Assembly: GCA_963737635.1 (NCBI GenBank) | Contig: CAVTTL010000001.1 | Location: forward strand, 736,001 to 800,000 | Origin: an uncultured Methanoregulaceae archaeon | GTDB taxonomy: Archaea > Halobacteriota > Methanomicrobia > Methanomicrobiales > Methanospirillaceae | DNA: 64,000 nucleotides | Direction of reading: 5' to 3' | In this document: one piece after another, positions 63,298 through 64,000 of the stretch | Numbering within the stretch: the stretch's first letter is position 1 | Layout: every line of letters starts with the position of its first letter | Position numbers and translations under genes: made by a program | Notes under the pieces: generated by a model | What the model was told of the DNA's origin: nothing | Seen by the model: only the letters and a program-made list of their open reading frames with translations | Databases searched by the model: none

Positions 63298-63816
63298 ATG
63301 TATCGGCTGACGGCAAAATTAACCACAAATCCCATAAACCAGAGCGGACTGATTGCCGGTGCAATCGGTGGGGAATCCATCGTACTTGTCGTTCTGGTCA
63401 ATACCCTTCTTCTCAAGTCCTTTGCACAGAATAATCTCCCTCTGAGCGATCCAAAGGTACTTGCCTGGAACACCATCTATCCGTTTCTCATTATAGCTAT
63501 TTTTGAAGGCTGGGGTGTGTTTGCCGCATGGCTGAGTATATCCCAGATGAAAACCAGGAACGATGCGTTTCTCGCCGGGTTTATTGCCGGTATCGTAATA
63601 GGGATCCTTCTTGAAGTGATGTGGGTAGCACAGCTCATCAGCATGATTTCCCATCAATTAAGCCAGTACACCGGTTTTTCCATGGGATACGGTAACACTA
63701 TCGTTACCATTGCAGTCCTGATGATTTTTGTAGTCCTGGGGGGGATACTCTCAGGATTTGGCTCGTACATCTTCTACCTATTCAGATCGTCACCGGAGAT
63801 TCAGGCGCATGCATGA
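63298..63816 (+). CDS. Four-TM membrane protein
   Basis: Hydrophobic helices with AGFIAG and GGILSGFG motifs. Confidence 0.65.
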   Translation: MYRLTAKLTTNPINQSGLIAGAIGGESIVLVVLVNTLLLKSFAQNNLPLSDPKVLAWNTIYPFLIIAIFEGWGVFAAWLSISQMKTRNDAFLAGFIAGIVIGILLEVMWVAQLISMISHQLSQYTGFSMGYGNTIVTIAVLMIFVVLGGILSGFGSYIFYLFRSSPEIQAHA

Positions 63817-64000
63817 GGCGATTTTGTACGATCGAACAGCTGCCGGGGGAAAAGGTGCCGAGGGGCTCCCTCTGTCTGTTTTACTATATAGAAATTATTT
63901 TAAGTATATACCCCAAGTACAAACTATGTGCTTATGCATCCAGCCTTACCGGCACAACACCGCCCGTTGCCTTGACAAAGAGGTTCCCGAAGGTGACGGC

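Noticed and set aside
58078-64000. Integrated element at tRNA-Ser
   Set aside because: No integrase and no duplicated tRNA 3' end seen within the window

Overview
Archaeal chromosomal segment, most likely from a hydrogenotrophic methanogen of the Methanomicrobiales (Methanoregula-like). This is inferred from gene content and order, not from a database search. Core genes: class II lysS, rlmH, pgk, the A1Ao ATP synthase operon (atpH-I-K-E-C-F-A-B-D), tldD/tldE, lonB, prs, nob1, a pyrE-like regulator, a thermosome subunit and tRNA-Ser(CGA). The centre (about 16.4-49.5 kb) is a cell-surface region. It holds two divergent type IV pilus ATPase/platform pairs around two KaiC/RAD55-like genes, two linked pilins, a family-5 (Ni/peptide) ABC importer and a tandem array of six modular archaeal pilins. 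It also holds a GT39 glycosyltransferase, duplicated beta-barrel secreted proteins, a SAM methyltransferase, a PEGA-transglutaminase, FmdE, a Mop/TOBE protein and two IS remnants. A palindrome TTAAC-N11-GTTAA recurs upstream of four units of this region, suggesting one co-regulated pilin/scavenging system. After the tRNA, a Zn-phospholipase C-like gene and a glycosyltransferase sit near a PhoU regulator, a possible phosphate-starvation lipid-remodelling module. Fourteen single-base frameshifts break otherwise intact genes, including essential atpI; 13 lie at or next to AGCT, GTAC or CCGG. They are best read as methylation-linked sequencing errors rather than pseudogenes.
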